This document shows, piece after piece, positions 9,201-17,659 of a stretch of DNA of 41,640 nt. The position numbers and the translations under genes were made by a program. Origin of the DNA: Planctomycetota bacterium. Lineage in GTDB: Bacteria; Planctomycetota; B15-G4; JADJEK01. Every line of letters starts with the position of its first letter. Position 1 is the first letter of the stretch. Location of the stretch: NCBI GenBank assembly GCA_044225365.1, contig JBGAIQ010000050.1, positions 1-41,640 on the forward strand, written 5' to 3'. Below the pieces are notes generated by a model. It was not told where the DNA came from. It searched no databases and saw only the letters and a program-made list of their open reading frames with translations.

Positions 9201-10941
9201 GAGCCCGAACGTGACGCTCACGGGGGAGACGGCCGTCAGTGAGTTCGGCACCGTGATCGCCGGTGCGGGGGACTTCAATCGCGACGGATACGCGGACCTG
9301 CTCGTCGGTGCCCCGAAGTTCACGAATGGCCAGACCTCCGAGGGCAAGGTGTACGTCTTCAAGGGTGGTGCATCGGGTCCGTCGGGAGTCGCGATCTTCA
9401 CCGACGAGGGCGATCAGGCGTTCGCATCGTTCGGCGGGAGCCTCGGCGGCGGGGGCGATGTCGATGGCGACGGGACCCCAGAACTCCTGGTGGGTGCGCC
9501 GCTCGGCGAGAACGGATTCACCGACGAGGGCCGCGGGTTCCTGTACTACGGCAATGGCGACGGCGGTTCTGCGCGCAGCCGACGGCCGCGAGTGTTGCGT
9601 GCCGATCACACGGCGCCAGTCGCCCACCTCGGGCGCTCCTTCGCGTCGACGGTCGAGATCGACTCGATCGTCGCGTCGCCGTTCGGTCGCAGCAACGTCA
9701 CTTACGAGCTCGAACTGAAGTCGCAGGGAACGCCGTTCGACGGCACTTCGCTCCTGACCTCGTCGCTGCTCGATACCGGTACCACGGGCAGCGTGGTGTC
9801 GTTGACATCGAACTCGCTCGCGACCGGAAACTACACGTATCGCAGCCGCGTTCGGCTCGTCCCGACTGCGATCCCGTACCAGCCCACGTTGCCGTGGGTG
9901 ACGCCGACGCAGAACGGCCCCAAGGAAAGTGACTTCGACGTCGCGACGAACTCCGCGATCCTCGTGGTCAGTCCGAACAGCGCGATCGATCTGACGCACG
10001 TCACCGCGGCGGCGGACCCGAGCTCGGTCGTCCTCGCGATCTCGAACCTCGGTTCGGGAACGCTCGGATACACCGTGACCGAGACCCCCGACGTCTCGTG
10101 GCTCGCCGCGTCGCCGAATGCCGGCAACGGCGTCGTCGCCGGAAGTCTGCCTGCGAACGTGACCGTGAGCTTCACGACCGGCGCGCTGACGCCGGGCGTC
10201 TACACGACGACGCTCACGGTGAAGAACTCGGGAAACGCCAACGATCAAGTCTCGATCCCGGTGACGCTCACCGTGTCGAACGTGCCGTTCGTTCCAGGCG
10301 ATCGCCTGGTCGGGAATTTCGATAGCGGTGGCGATACGGTGAACACCGACTTCTCCGGAGTCATCGGTGAGAAGCTCGTACTCGCGTTCGATCCGGCGCC
10401 GTCCGCGCCGTTCCAACTCGGCGCGACGATCCTCGACGATCAAGGCGCGACGGTCGCCGCCGCGTCGATCAGTCTCAGCGCGACGGCCTCGGTGAAGAAG
10501 ACGCTGAAGCTCGACCGTTCGGGTCGCTTCACCCTCCGGCTCCAGAGCGTGAACGGGACGGTGGGCGCATTCGCGATCAACACCTCGGCGAAGCTGCCCG
10601 CGCTCGCGAACGATCAGACGTTGAAGGTCAAGCTGAAGGCGGGCAAGTCGAAGACCGTCAAGTTCCTCGCGTTCGATGGATCGATCCTGCAATTCAAGGT
10701 GAGCGGCCTCGCGGGTCAGCCCCTCAGCCTCACGGCGGACACGCCCGAGGGCAACGTCAAGGATTTCACCGGGCTCCAGCAGGTGTTGTCCGACGGTTCG
10801 ATCAAGGTGTCCGGAATCGTGCTCGACGAAACGGGTCAATACAGCCTGAAGATCAAGGACGACGGCACGAAGAAGGTCAGCCTCACCGTTCAGATCCTTC
10901 CGGACCAACCGATCGGCGAGTCGACGATCACATTGCCGTGA
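6283..10941 (+). CDS. Large secreted FG-GAP (integrin-alpha-like) repeat protein with BACON-like Ig domain
   Basis: Signal peptide after ATG 6283 (RBS-like GGAGA upstream). 14 GD(V/L/F)(N/D)xDGxxD-like Ca-binding FG-GAP repeats. N-terminal domain ends YPLTIDP. BACON-like segment ISNLGSGTLGYTV...SWL...LTPGVYTTTLTV. Confidence 0.88.
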   Translation: MICAKEGTLAAFVLLAGVSQAQDIVDARTRSELEARIRADEAVVRPIENVAGAQDEQGARFGAIHRAGGIRARFSAAGVELAGLSTSEAAQERCARLRLARVGRGRDLSSVAACDPQIASDGRVEYRRSGLPLVEWYENRPSAFEQGFVLTTRPAGESALRLEFAVASSLATGVDVAGERIDFVAADRADRVELRLEGLATFDRNGSSVPSRFEPTADGYAIVVDDSAAEYPLTIDPVASSPAFTAEGNFVNAQFGIALASAGDVDGDGFSDVLVAASNFSGGQSFEGKVYLYMGTANGLASSPAWQATGGQANAYFGKALASAGDVNGDGYSDVLISAQLYDDDQVDEGRVYLYLGSASGLALSAAQFIDGDQTSAQFGQSIACAGDVDGDGDSDVVLGSGLFDFGGVGNTGLAAVFSGVPGGISTTRTPLLGGTQFDARLGSAVASAGDVNGDGFSDVAVAAVLYDDTKTDEGKVFVYYGSGSGADSTADFSAVGGQTGAQFGTSISTAGDVNGDGYSDLIVGAQLYDFGEPDEGRAFVFLGSSTGLASSATWTTESNQTNARHGNVVTTAGDLDGDGYSDVAVSALLWDSTLTDIGHVLIYHGGATGLSTVAAQEIVGTQSSEFFGQSLAFAGDVNGDGLSDLAIGAQAYSNPDAAEGAAFVYHGTFSLPPSSFQWSAKGQQTGANFGSSLGFAGDVNGDGFDDVVFGAPNYHNALLADGKCSVHYGSGTGLTPAQGFAVYGDQNGARLGTSVAGIGDVNGDGYDDIATSAIGYDASLPDVGLVRFFLGSATGLSTTPAESILGQSSGELFGTVIAGAGDVDGDGFVDVLIGSNSYSGLFTKGGRASVYSGGANGVSTSPLWTRDALASNELLGTTAAALGDVDLDGFADIAVGAPGANSNLGRVETFLGGAAGPSTSPDSALLGLVANEKFGSSIVGAHDVNGDGFADAAFGALNAVRIYFGSGAGLPSSPNVTLTGETAVSEFGTVIAGAGDFNRDGYADLLVGAPKFTNGQTSEGKVYVFKGGASGPSGVAIFTDEGDQAFASFGGSLGGGGDVDGDGTPELLVGAPLGENGFTDEGRGFLYYGNGDGGSARSRRPRVLRADHTAPVAHLGRSFASTVEIDSIVASPFGRSNVTYELELKSQGTPFDGTSLLTSSLLDTGTTGSVVSLTSNSLATGNYTYRSRVRLVPTAIPYQPTLPWVTPTQNGPKESDFDVATNSAILVVSPNSAIDLTHVTAAADPSSVVLAISNLGSGTLGYTVTETPDVSWLAASPNAGNGVVAGSLPANVTVSFTTGALTPGVYTTTLTVKNSGNANDQVSIPVTLTVSNVPFVPGDRLVGNFDSGGDTVNTDFSGVIGEKLVLAFDPAPSAPFQLGATILDDQGATVAAASISLSATASVKKTLKLDRSGRFTLRLQSVNGTVGAFAINTSAKLPALANDQTLKVKLKAGKSKTVKFLAFDGSILQFKVSGLAGQPLSLTADTPEGNVKDFTGLQQVLSDGSIKVSGIVLDETGQYSLKIKDDGTKKVSLTVQILPDQPIGESTITLP

Positions 10942-10960
10942 TTCGTCGCGGCCGAGTCCC

Positions 10961-11581
10961 TTGAGCTCCTCCGGCTACGAGATCCTCGCGTCCAGGATCC
11001 GCGTCGAAGACGTCATCGATCGCAGTCGATTCGTCACCACGGCGGCGCCCGCGCCGACGGTCGACGCTGCGCGTCACTTCATCGACGAGGTGGCGGCCGA
11101 GTTCAGCAACGCGACGCACAACTGCTTCGCCTTCGCGATCGGCCCGCCCGGCAGCCTCGCGAACGTCGGGATGAGCGATGACGGCGAGCCCCATGGAACG
11201 GCCGGCCGACCGATGCTCGACGTCGTGATCGGGAGCGGACTCGGCGACATCGCCGTCGTCGTCACGCGATGGTTTGGCGGGACGAAGCTCGGGAAGGGCG
11301 GTCTCGTGCGCGCCTACGGCGATTGCGTGAAGCATGCGCTCGGCGCCGGGGTGCGAGTCGAGAAGATCGATTGGAACTACCTCACGGTGCGTCTCGCCTA
11401 TGACCTCGAGCGCAACGTTCGACACGTCGTCGAGCGCTGCGGCGCGCAGTTGCTCGGCGCGGATTTCGGGGCGGATGTTGCGCTGCGGATTCGGGTGCCC
11501 AGGGAGACCCGCGAGATCCTGCTGACGGCATTGCGCGATGCGGCGAGGGGCAGGATCGAGGTCCAGACCGCAGAAGGTTGA
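10961..11581 (+). CDS. yigZ: YigZ/IMPACT family protein
   Basis: SRF, ATHNCFAF, SDDGEPHGTAGRPML and VVVTRWFGGTKLGKGGLVRAY. Confidence 0.93.
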   Translation: MSSSGYEILASRIRVEDVIDRSRFVTTAAPAPTVDAARHFIDEVAAEFSNATHNCFAFAIGPPGSLANVGMSDDGEPHGTAGRPMLDVVIGSGLGDIAVVVTRWFGGTKLGKGGLVRAYGDCVKHALGAGVRVEKIDWNYLTVRLAYDLERNVRHVVERCGAQLLGADFGADVALRIRVPRETREILLTALRDAARGRIEVQTAEG

Positions 11582-11731
11582 TCGCATCCCGAAGGCGGGG
11601 CGGTGGCGAAACTCTCGTCGTGCCGATAGATTCTCCTCCTCCTTTCTGTTGCGCCCAGGCAAGGCGCGAGCGCGCCCGCTTCACCGTCTTCACTGGAGCG
11701 GCACCTCGTTGCCGACTCTGCGAGATCGAAC

Positions 11732-12223
11732 ATGACCGATTGTCCGTGCGGGACCGGATCCGCCTTCGTCGACTGTTGCGAGCCCCGAATTCGCGGCTCG
11801 CGTCCTCCCGAGACTGCCGAAGCGCTGATGCGAGCGCGCTACAGTGCGTTCGCGAAGCACGAGGTCGACTACATCCTGCAGACGGTGCTTCCGGAGCAGC
11901 GAAAGAAGGTCGACCGTGAGACGGTCGACAAGTGGTCGGCGAGTTCGACGTGGAAGGGCTTCACGATCCTCGGCAAGGAACGCGGCGGCGCGAGCGACGA
12001 AGACGGCTACGTCGAGTTCGTCGCGCGCTACGCGTTCGGAGCGATCGAGCAGGAGCACCGCGAGAAGAGCTACTTCGTGAAGCGCGATGGTCGTTGGTAC
12101 TTCGATCCTGCGCGCAGCAAGCAGCCCGGCCTCGAGCCTGCACGCAAGAACGCAGTGGGCCGCAACGACCCCTGCACCTGCGGATCGGGGAAGAAGTACA
12201 AGAAGTGCTGCGGAGCGGGCTGA
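11732..12223 (+). CDS. ychJ: YchJ family protein (SEC-C motifs plus NTF2-like core)
   Basis: CPCGTG...[31 protein letters not shown]...W.F and C-terminal [18 protein letters not shown]. Confidence 0.93.
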   Translation: MTDCPCGTGSAFVDCCEPRIRGSRPPETAEALMRARYSAFAKHEVDYILQTVLPEQRKKVDRETVDKWSASSTWKGFTILGKERGGASDEDGYVEFVARYAFGAIEQEHREKSYFVKRDGRWYFDPARSKQPGLEPARKNAVGRNDPCTCGSGKKYKKCCGAG

Positions 12224-12241
12224 CGCCCTGGCCACAGCCCG

Positions 12242-13303
12242 TCACTTCCCGCGAATCACGTCGACGACCTTCGACGCCACGTCGTTCGGGACGGTGAGCG
12301 TTAGGTTGTATTGAGCGATCTTCCAGCGGCCGTCCACGAGCTGCAACACGCCGCTGCCGCGGCAGCCGCCGTACTTGGCGTTGTCGAGCGCCTCGTCGAA
12401 CCACGCGAGATCGCCGCGGATCGCGACGTGGCGCTCCTTTGGCACGTAGGTCCAGCCCTTGCCCTTGGAGAAGTACGGTTCGCAGTACGCCTTGAACTGC
12501 GGAACGGTCCAGCGCTCGGTCGCGTCGGTGCCGAGGAAGACGCCGTCCTCCGTGAAGTGAGCGAAGTACCGGACGCCGTCGGCGGCTGCGGCTGCGGCGT
12601 GGAAGTCGTCCAGTTCGGCGCCGATGCGCTTCTCGATCGCCGCGGTCAGCGACCCCTCGCGCCACCGCGCGAGTTCGCCCGCGACCAAGCTGGGCGCGAC
12701 CGAATCCGCCGCGCCATTGCCATCGATGAAATGAGCGCGCCCGGCCGCGCCGGCGCCCAGGATCGCGAGCTCGATCAGCTCCCGTGCGGTCGTGTCGCGG
12801 CGTTCAGGAGAGAGTTCGACGAACGAACAGGGAACGATCTTCAGGGCGTGGATCGAAGCGGCCGTCATCGCACTCGCCTCGAGCGGCGGCCCGACGATGA
12901 TCAGCGCGTGCACCCGAGCGCTCGTTCGAAGCGGGCCGAGGTCCGAGAGTGGGGGACCGATCGCGACGATGTCGACCAGGGGCGGTGCCTCGCCCGAAGG
13001 CATCGCAAGCGCCTCGGCAAGTGGCGCAAGCGACGGCGAGTCGACCGGACGTGTCGGCGCCACGATCTCGACGGGGAACGAGCATGCCGCGGCGAGTTCG
13101 CGGGCGCGCTGACCGATTGCCGCTTCCGCAGTGTGCTCCGCGGAGAGCAGGATCACACGAGCGCGCGGCGTGGAGTCCGGCGGCTCGATGCGGTTGTGCT
13201 CCAAGATGGCGTGAACGGTCGAATTGCCGATCGCCCAATCGCGAGTATCCTGTGGAACGGAGACGAGCGAGCAAGCGGCCGCGACGATGCTATGGAGGAT
13301 CAT
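12242..13303 (-). CDS. Exported protein with C-terminal SnoaL-like/NTF2 domain and unassigned N-terminal domain
   Basis: The C-terminal ~120 aa (LDDFHAAAA..D..RYF..F..DGVFLGTDATERW...AWFDEAL...CRGSGVL...WKIAQYNL) is typical of SnoaL-like proteins. The N-terminus is signal-like. Confidence 0.75.
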   Translation of the reverse strand: MILHSIVAAACSLVSVPQDTRDWAIGNSTVHAILEHNRIEPPDSTPRARVILLSAEHTAEAAIGQRARELAAACSFPVEIVAPTRPVDSPSLAPLAEALAMPSGEAPPLVDIVAIGPPLSDLGPLRTSARVHALIIVGPPLEASAMTAASIHALKIVPCSFVELSPERRDTTARELIELAILGAGAAGRAHFIDGNGAADSVAPSLVAGELARWREGSLTAAIEKRIGAELDDFHAAAAAADGVRYFAHFTEDGVFLGTDATERWTVPQFKAYCEPYFSKGKGWTYVPKERHVAIRGDLAWFDEALDNAKYGGCRGSGVLQLVDGRWKIAQYNLTLTVPNDVASKVVDVIRGK

Positions 13304-13312
13304 CGCTCCATT

Positions 13313-13339
13313 GTAATCGGCGTAATCGGCGTAATCGGC
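13313..13339. repeat. 3 x 9-bp perfect tandem repeat (GTAATCGGC) in a divergent intergenic region
   Basis: gtaatcggc at 13313, 13322 and 13331. Confidence 0.9.
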
Positions 13340-13380
13340 GCGAAGTCCCAGCCGGCACGGAAGGCGCGAAAGCGGACGAC

Positions 13381-14124
13381 ATGGGCGCGGAATCGGTGGC
13401 TCTGAACGAAGTGCTCTCGCGATTGTTCGCGTTCCCCGGGAGCGCGCACGACTGCGGGTACTTGCAAGGGCGCGTCTCCGTGTTCGACAACCGAGCGGGC
13501 GCGGCCCTGTCCGGAGCCGACTACCACCGACTCCTCGACGCGAACTTCCGGCGCGCCGGCGTCCTCTTCTATCGGCCGAATTGCGACGGCTGCACCGAAT
13601 GCCGGCAGATGAGAGTCCTGGTCGACGAGTTCGAGCCGACGAAGTCGCAGCGCCGCTGCCTGCGGCGGAATCTCGATCTCACGGTCTCCGTTGCCCCGCC
13701 GTCGCTCGACGACGAGAAGGCGGATCTCTACGCGCGCTACGTTCGCGTACGTCACGACGGCGGTCCGCAGGTCGGAGCCCGCAACGAGCTCGAGGAGTTC
13801 CTCTATCACTCCGCCGTGCCCACGCTCGAAGTCGAATACCGCGAGCCGAACGGACGTCTCGTCGGAGTATCGATCCTCGATGTCGGCCGCGAGTTCGCCT
13901 CGAGCGTCTACCACTACTTCGATCCCGCCGAGAAACGGCGCTCCATCGGCGTGTACTCGGTGCTCGCCGAGATCGCCTTTTGTCGAGCGCGCGGTCTCAA
14001 GCACTACTATCTCGGGTATCTCATCCGCGGCTCGAAGTCGATGCGTTACAAGGCCGACTACCGGCCGTTCGAATGGCTCATCGACGGTACGTGGCAGCGA
14101 GTGGTGGTCGGCGAAGCGTGTTGA
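13381..14124 (+). CDS. ATE/Bpt-family aminoacyl-tRNA--protein transferase (N-degron pathway)
   Basis: HDCGYL, FRRAG...YRPNCDGCTECRQMR, F.P.KSQRR, LY.RY...RH, SSVYHYFDP...RSIG and YYLGY.I.GS.SM.YKADYRP.E. The upstream part of ORF 12949 is antisense shadow. Confidence 0.9.
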   Translation: MGAESVALNEVLSRLFAFPGSAHDCGYLQGRVSVFDNRAGAALSGADYHRLLDANFRRAGVLFYRPNCDGCTECRQMRVLVDEFEPTKSQRRCLRRNLDLTVSVAPPSLDDEKADLYARYVRVRHDGGPQVGARNELEEFLYHSAVPTLEVEYREPNGRLVGVSILDVGREFASSVYHYFDPAEKRRSIGVYSVLAEIAFCRARGLKHYYLGYLIRGSKSMRYKADYRPFEWLIDGTWQRVVVGEAC

Positions 14125-14210
14125 TTCGACCGGGCCGACTTCTCCCAACGGACGAAGTGAAGTAGCGTAGAGATCTCCTCGATTCGCCGTCCTACTCGGG
14201 ATCCCCCGCC

Positions 14211-15608
14211 ATGATTTCTTCTCGCGCCCTCGTCTCTTCTGCGTTTCTGATCGGTCTGGCATCGGCCGCGTTCGGTGGCGATCCGCCGGCCGCACCCGCA
14301 TCACCCGGCGCGTCCGGCATCGGCGACTCCTACTTCAAGAACATGGGGAACGGCGGCTACGACGCGCTGCACTACGACCTCGAATTCGAGCTCGACAAGG
14401 ATCTGAAGCACCTCGTCGGACATTCCGTGATGCGGGCGAAGGCGATGTCCGATCTCTCCTCCTTCAACCTCGATTTCCACGTGATGGAGGTGAAGTCGAT
14501 CACGGTCGACGGCGCACCCGCCGAGAACTCGCGCGAGAAGGACGAGTTGACGGTGACGCCGAAGCAGCCGATCCAGAAGGGCGCCGAATTCACCGTCGAG
14601 ATCCGCTACGAGGGCCAACCCGAGGGCGTGCGATCTGATTCGCTCGGCATGGAGGAGATGGGATGGATGAGCTCGCCGCGCGGCGTGTTCGTCGTCTCGG
14701 AGCCCGAGGGCGCGGCCTCGCTCTTCCCCTGCAACGATCATCCGCTGGACAAGGCGACGTACACGATCGCGTGCACGGTGCCCGCGCCGTGGGTCGTGGC
14801 GTCGAACGGCACGCCGGGGCCCGATGTGAAGAACGGGGACAAGACGACCTACACGTTCAAGCCGCGGGATCCGATGACGAGCTATCTCGTCACGATCTCG
14901 ATCGCCGAGTTCGACGTCGAGGAAGGCAAGAGCAAGGACGGCGTCCCGCTGCGCTACTACTTCCCGAAGAAGCTCGGCGAGAAGTCGCGCGCGTCGATGC
15001 GCCGCACGGGCGACATCATCGACTTCTTCTCCACGATCTTCGGGCCCTATCCGTTCGAATGCTCTGGTGGCATCGTGGCGACGATCCCGATCCCGGGTGC
15101 GCTCGAGAACCAGACGCGCCCGGTGTACGGCATGTACGCGACGGGAGTCCCGATCGTGGCGCACGAGCTCGCGCATCAGTGGTTCGGCGACAACGTGTCG
15201 ATCCGCGACTGGAGCCAGATCTGGCTCGCGGAGGGCTTCGCCGAGTACGGTGCCTGGCTGTGGCTCGAGCACGAGGAAGGCGAGGACGCCCTCGAGGATC
15301 GCGTGCTCTCGGAGTCGCGAACCGTTCGCGCGCGCCACGTTCGGCCGTCGGGCGATCCCGGCGCGAAGCATCTCTTCGCCAGCGAGTCCTACAACCGCGG
15401 CCCGCTCGTGCTCCACGCCCTGCGCCGAGCGATCGGCGACGAAGCGTTCTTCGCGACCCTTCGGGAATGGAACGAGAAGTACCGCTACGGCAACGCGTCG
15501 ATCGACGACTTCATCGCCATGGCGAACGCGAAGAGCGGGCGCGATGTCTCGGTGTTGATGAAGGCGTGGCTCTTCGACAAGGTGGCGCCGCCGATCGACG
15601 AGTACTGA
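14211..15608 (+). CDS. Exported M1-family zinc aminopeptidase
   Basis: Signal peptide, GNGGYD..HYDL, FPCNDHP.DKA, GALEN (GAMEN variant) and HELAHQWFGD-x-EGFAEY. Confidence 0.93.
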   Translation: MISSRALVSSAFLIGLASAAFGGDPPAAPASPGASGIGDSYFKNMGNGGYDALHYDLEFELDKDLKHLVGHSVMRAKAMSDLSSFNLDFHVMEVKSITVDGAPAENSREKDELTVTPKQPIQKGAEFTVEIRYEGQPEGVRSDSLGMEEMGWMSSPRGVFVVSEPEGAASLFPCNDHPLDKATYTIACTVPAPWVVASNGTPGPDVKNGDKTTYTFKPRDPMTSYLVTISIAEFDVEEGKSKDGVPLRYYFPKKLGEKSRASMRRTGDIIDFFSTIFGPYPFECSGGIVATIPIPGALENQTRPVYGMYATGVPIVAHELAHQWFGDNVSIRDWSQIWLAEGFAEYGAWLWLEHEEGEDALEDRVLSESRTVRARHVRPSGDPGAKHLFASESYNRGPLVLHALRRAIGDEAFFATLREWNEKYRYGNASIDDFIAMANAKSGRDVSVLMKAWLFDKVAPPIDEY

Positions 15609-15613
15609 CCGCT

Positions 15614-16510
15614 TCAGTACTGCTTCGTGAATCCGGCGACGACCGCGCATCCGATGCAGACGAGGACGAGCAGGATCGATCCGATCGCTCCGATCCTTGC
15701 GCCGTCCGATTCCGTTCCGAATCCCTGCTGCCGTAGATCGAACGTGTACGCCATGAGGAAGCCGGCGAGCCCGCCGCCGAAGTGCGCGTGGTTGTTCACG
15801 TTCCCGGCGAGATAGCCGAAGATTGCCGTCATCACGATCCAGCGCGTCGCCTCCTGCTTGACCGCCTCGCCGAGCGTTCCTTTGCGGCGTATCCCGAACG
15901 CGAGGATCGCGCCGAGCAGCGCGCAGATCCCGCTCGACGCACCCGCGCCGCCGCGGTCGAACTCGGCTGCGAAGATGAACCCGAGCGTGCCGCCGACGAT
16001 GAAGAGCAGCAGGAATCGGGCGGGCCCGAAGAACATCTCGACGGTGCGTCCGAGCGTGAGGAGGGCGCTCGCGTTGAAGACGATGTGAAGGACGTTGAGA
16101 TGGAGGAAGTTCGCGAGCACGAGGCGCCACCACTCGTGTTGGAGCGCGAGGTCCGGAATCACGATTCCGCAGTAGAAGAGCACCTGCACGCCCGGCGAGA
16201 TCTGGATCGCCTGGCGATCGAATCCGAAGTCGTGGACGAAGCGACTCGCGACGACCATCGCGAGGTAGACGAGGACGAGGAGCAGACAGAGTCCCTTCGA
16301 CCACGAGTAGTCGCGGGAGAAGATGGCATCGAGGCGTCGCCGTTGCCCGAACAGGGTGGGGAAGAGTCGCCCGCAGTTCTCGCAACGCCGGGTACCGGCC
16401 GCGACGAGTTGTCGGCAACGCCCGCAGATCTCGACGGTCAAGGAAGTCTCCACACCGGGAATTCGAGCCGCGAGGATATCGCAGGTCGACACGGAATCCC
16501 ATCGTTCCAC
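15614..16510 (-). CDS. Rhomboid intramembrane serine protease with N-terminal zinc-ribbon-like motif (true start may be slightly downstream)
   Basis: EWWRL..ANFLH..LHI.FN, GASSG (catalytic Ser) and NHAHFGG (catalytic His). N-terminal CGRC-x10-CENCG. Confidence 0.9.
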   Translation of the reverse strand: MERWDSVSTCDILAARIPGVETSLTVEICGRCRQLVAAGTRRCENCGRLFPTLFGQRRRLDAIFSRDYSWSKGLCLLLVLVYLAMVVASRFVHDFGFDRQAIQISPGVQVLFYCGIVIPDLALQHEWWRLVLANFLHLNVLHIVFNASALLTLGRTVEMFFGPARFLLLFIVGGTLGFIFAAEFDRGGAGASSGICALLGAILAFGIRRKGTLGEAVKQEATRWIVMTAIFGYLAGNVNNHAHFGGGLAGFLMAYTFDLRQQGFGTESDGARIGAIGSILLVLVCIGCAVVAGFTKQY

Positions 16511-16579
16511 GCGCGCCGCGGTTACGATGCGAGGGCGTCGATCCCGACGTCGCTGTCGACCCGTGTTCGAGGTGAGTGG

Positions 16580-17659
16580 ATGGATTGGAAGCCGCGTCTC
16601 GTAGCGATCGCTCCCTGCATCGCTGCTTGCTTCGCCCTAGGTGCTCGCGATGGCCGCGCGCAAGCGGCCGAGTCGGCTCAGGAACTCCTGCGCGCCGAGT
16701 TCGACAAGGACGCGCTCCCGTTCCGCGTAGCGAGCCCCCCGCGATTCGAGGGTGGCGCCGCCGTGATCGCCGCGGGATCGAAGACCGTCCTCACTTCGGT
16801 GGAGCCGATCTGCGGCGACTTCGCCGTCGAGCTGCATTTCACGGCCGCGTACAGCGGCGCGCTCGAATTCAAACTCGGCGATCCGTTGCTCGTGCGAGCC
16901 GAGCGCACGGTCGGAGGTCCTGGCGCGCTGAAGCTCGTTCGCCTCGTCGTGCGCAGCTCCGCGATCGAGTTGATCGATGGCGAGACTCCGTCGAGCTTCC
17001 AGGTCCTGCCGATCCCGACGAGTGGCGGCGCGCTCGAAGTCGTCATCGCTCCCACGGAGGAGGTGCGACTCGATTCCCTCGTCGTTCAGCGCCTTCCGTT
17101 TGCGGGCCGCGACGAGATCGAAGGGCTCGACGCCGATCGCCTCGCCCGCATGATCGCGTTGCCGAAGGAGAAGTTCACGCTCCTCCCGCCGCTGCCGACG
17201 CGGATCGATCCGGTCTATTGCATCGCCGTCGAAGGGGAGAAGGAGCCGATCGTCGCGCGCGGTCGCGGCGTGCGCGAGGACGAGGCGAAGATCCCGCTGC
17301 TCGATCAGGCGCTCGCGATCACGTGCATTCGGCCTTTCCTCAAGTACTCGCTCGTCGACGGCGACGATCCGTCGAGCGATCAACTCCTGAAGCGCGAGAG
17401 CGAGAACGGACCCTACGTCATCACGAAGCCGCCCGGCATCGTTCGCGTCACCGCGCAGTGCGGGATGACGGGGCAGTGGCCGTCGCTCGTTCTCATGGAT
17501 GCGACCCGCAATCGCGTGCTGTTCCGCTCCACGCCGAGCGGTCCCGCTTCCGCCGACATCTTCTCGGTGATCCCGGCGAAGTGCGATCGCTTGCGCATCG
17601 CCCTCGTGATCCCCAATCGGGCGACGATCGAGGAGTTCGTCGATCTGAAGCGACCGTGA
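16580..17659 (+). CDS. Exported hypothetical protein
   Basis: ATG 16580 with GAGGTG upstream, signal-peptide-like N-terminus and natural amino-acid composition. The stop overlaps the next start (GTGA). Confidence 0.65.
   Translation: MDWKPRLVAIAPCIAACFALGARDGRAQAAESAQELLRAEFDKDALPFRVASPPRFEGGAAVIAAGSKTVLTSVEPICGDFAVELHFTAAYSGALEFKLGDPLLVRAERTVGGPGALKLVRLVVRSSAIELIDGETPSSFQVLPIPTSGGALEVVIAPTEEVRLDSLVVQRLPFAGRDEIEGLDADRLARMIALPKEKFTLLPPLPTRIDPVYCIAVEGEKEPIVARGRGVREDEAKIPLLDQALAITCIRPFLKYSLVDGDDPSSDQLLKRESENGPYVITKPPGIVRVTAQCGMTGQWPSLVLMDATRNRVLFRSTPSGPASADIFSVIPAKCDRLRIALVIPNRATIEEFVDLKRP

Noticed and set aside
6193-10908. 1571-aa minus-strand ORF
   Set aside because: Antisense shadow of the FG-GAP gene. 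It has Arg/Val-rich nonsense composition and no motifs, as expected from GC-rich codon bias.
11699-11712. Sigma54-like site upstream of ychJ (GGCACCTCGTTGC)
   Set aside because: GG-to-GC spacing is 9 nt, not the required 10.
13353-13367. Sigma54-like site before the ATE/Bpt gene (CGGCACGGAAGGCGC)
   Set aside because: Spacing is right but the -12 element is poor, and such a match is plausible by chance in GC-rich DNA.
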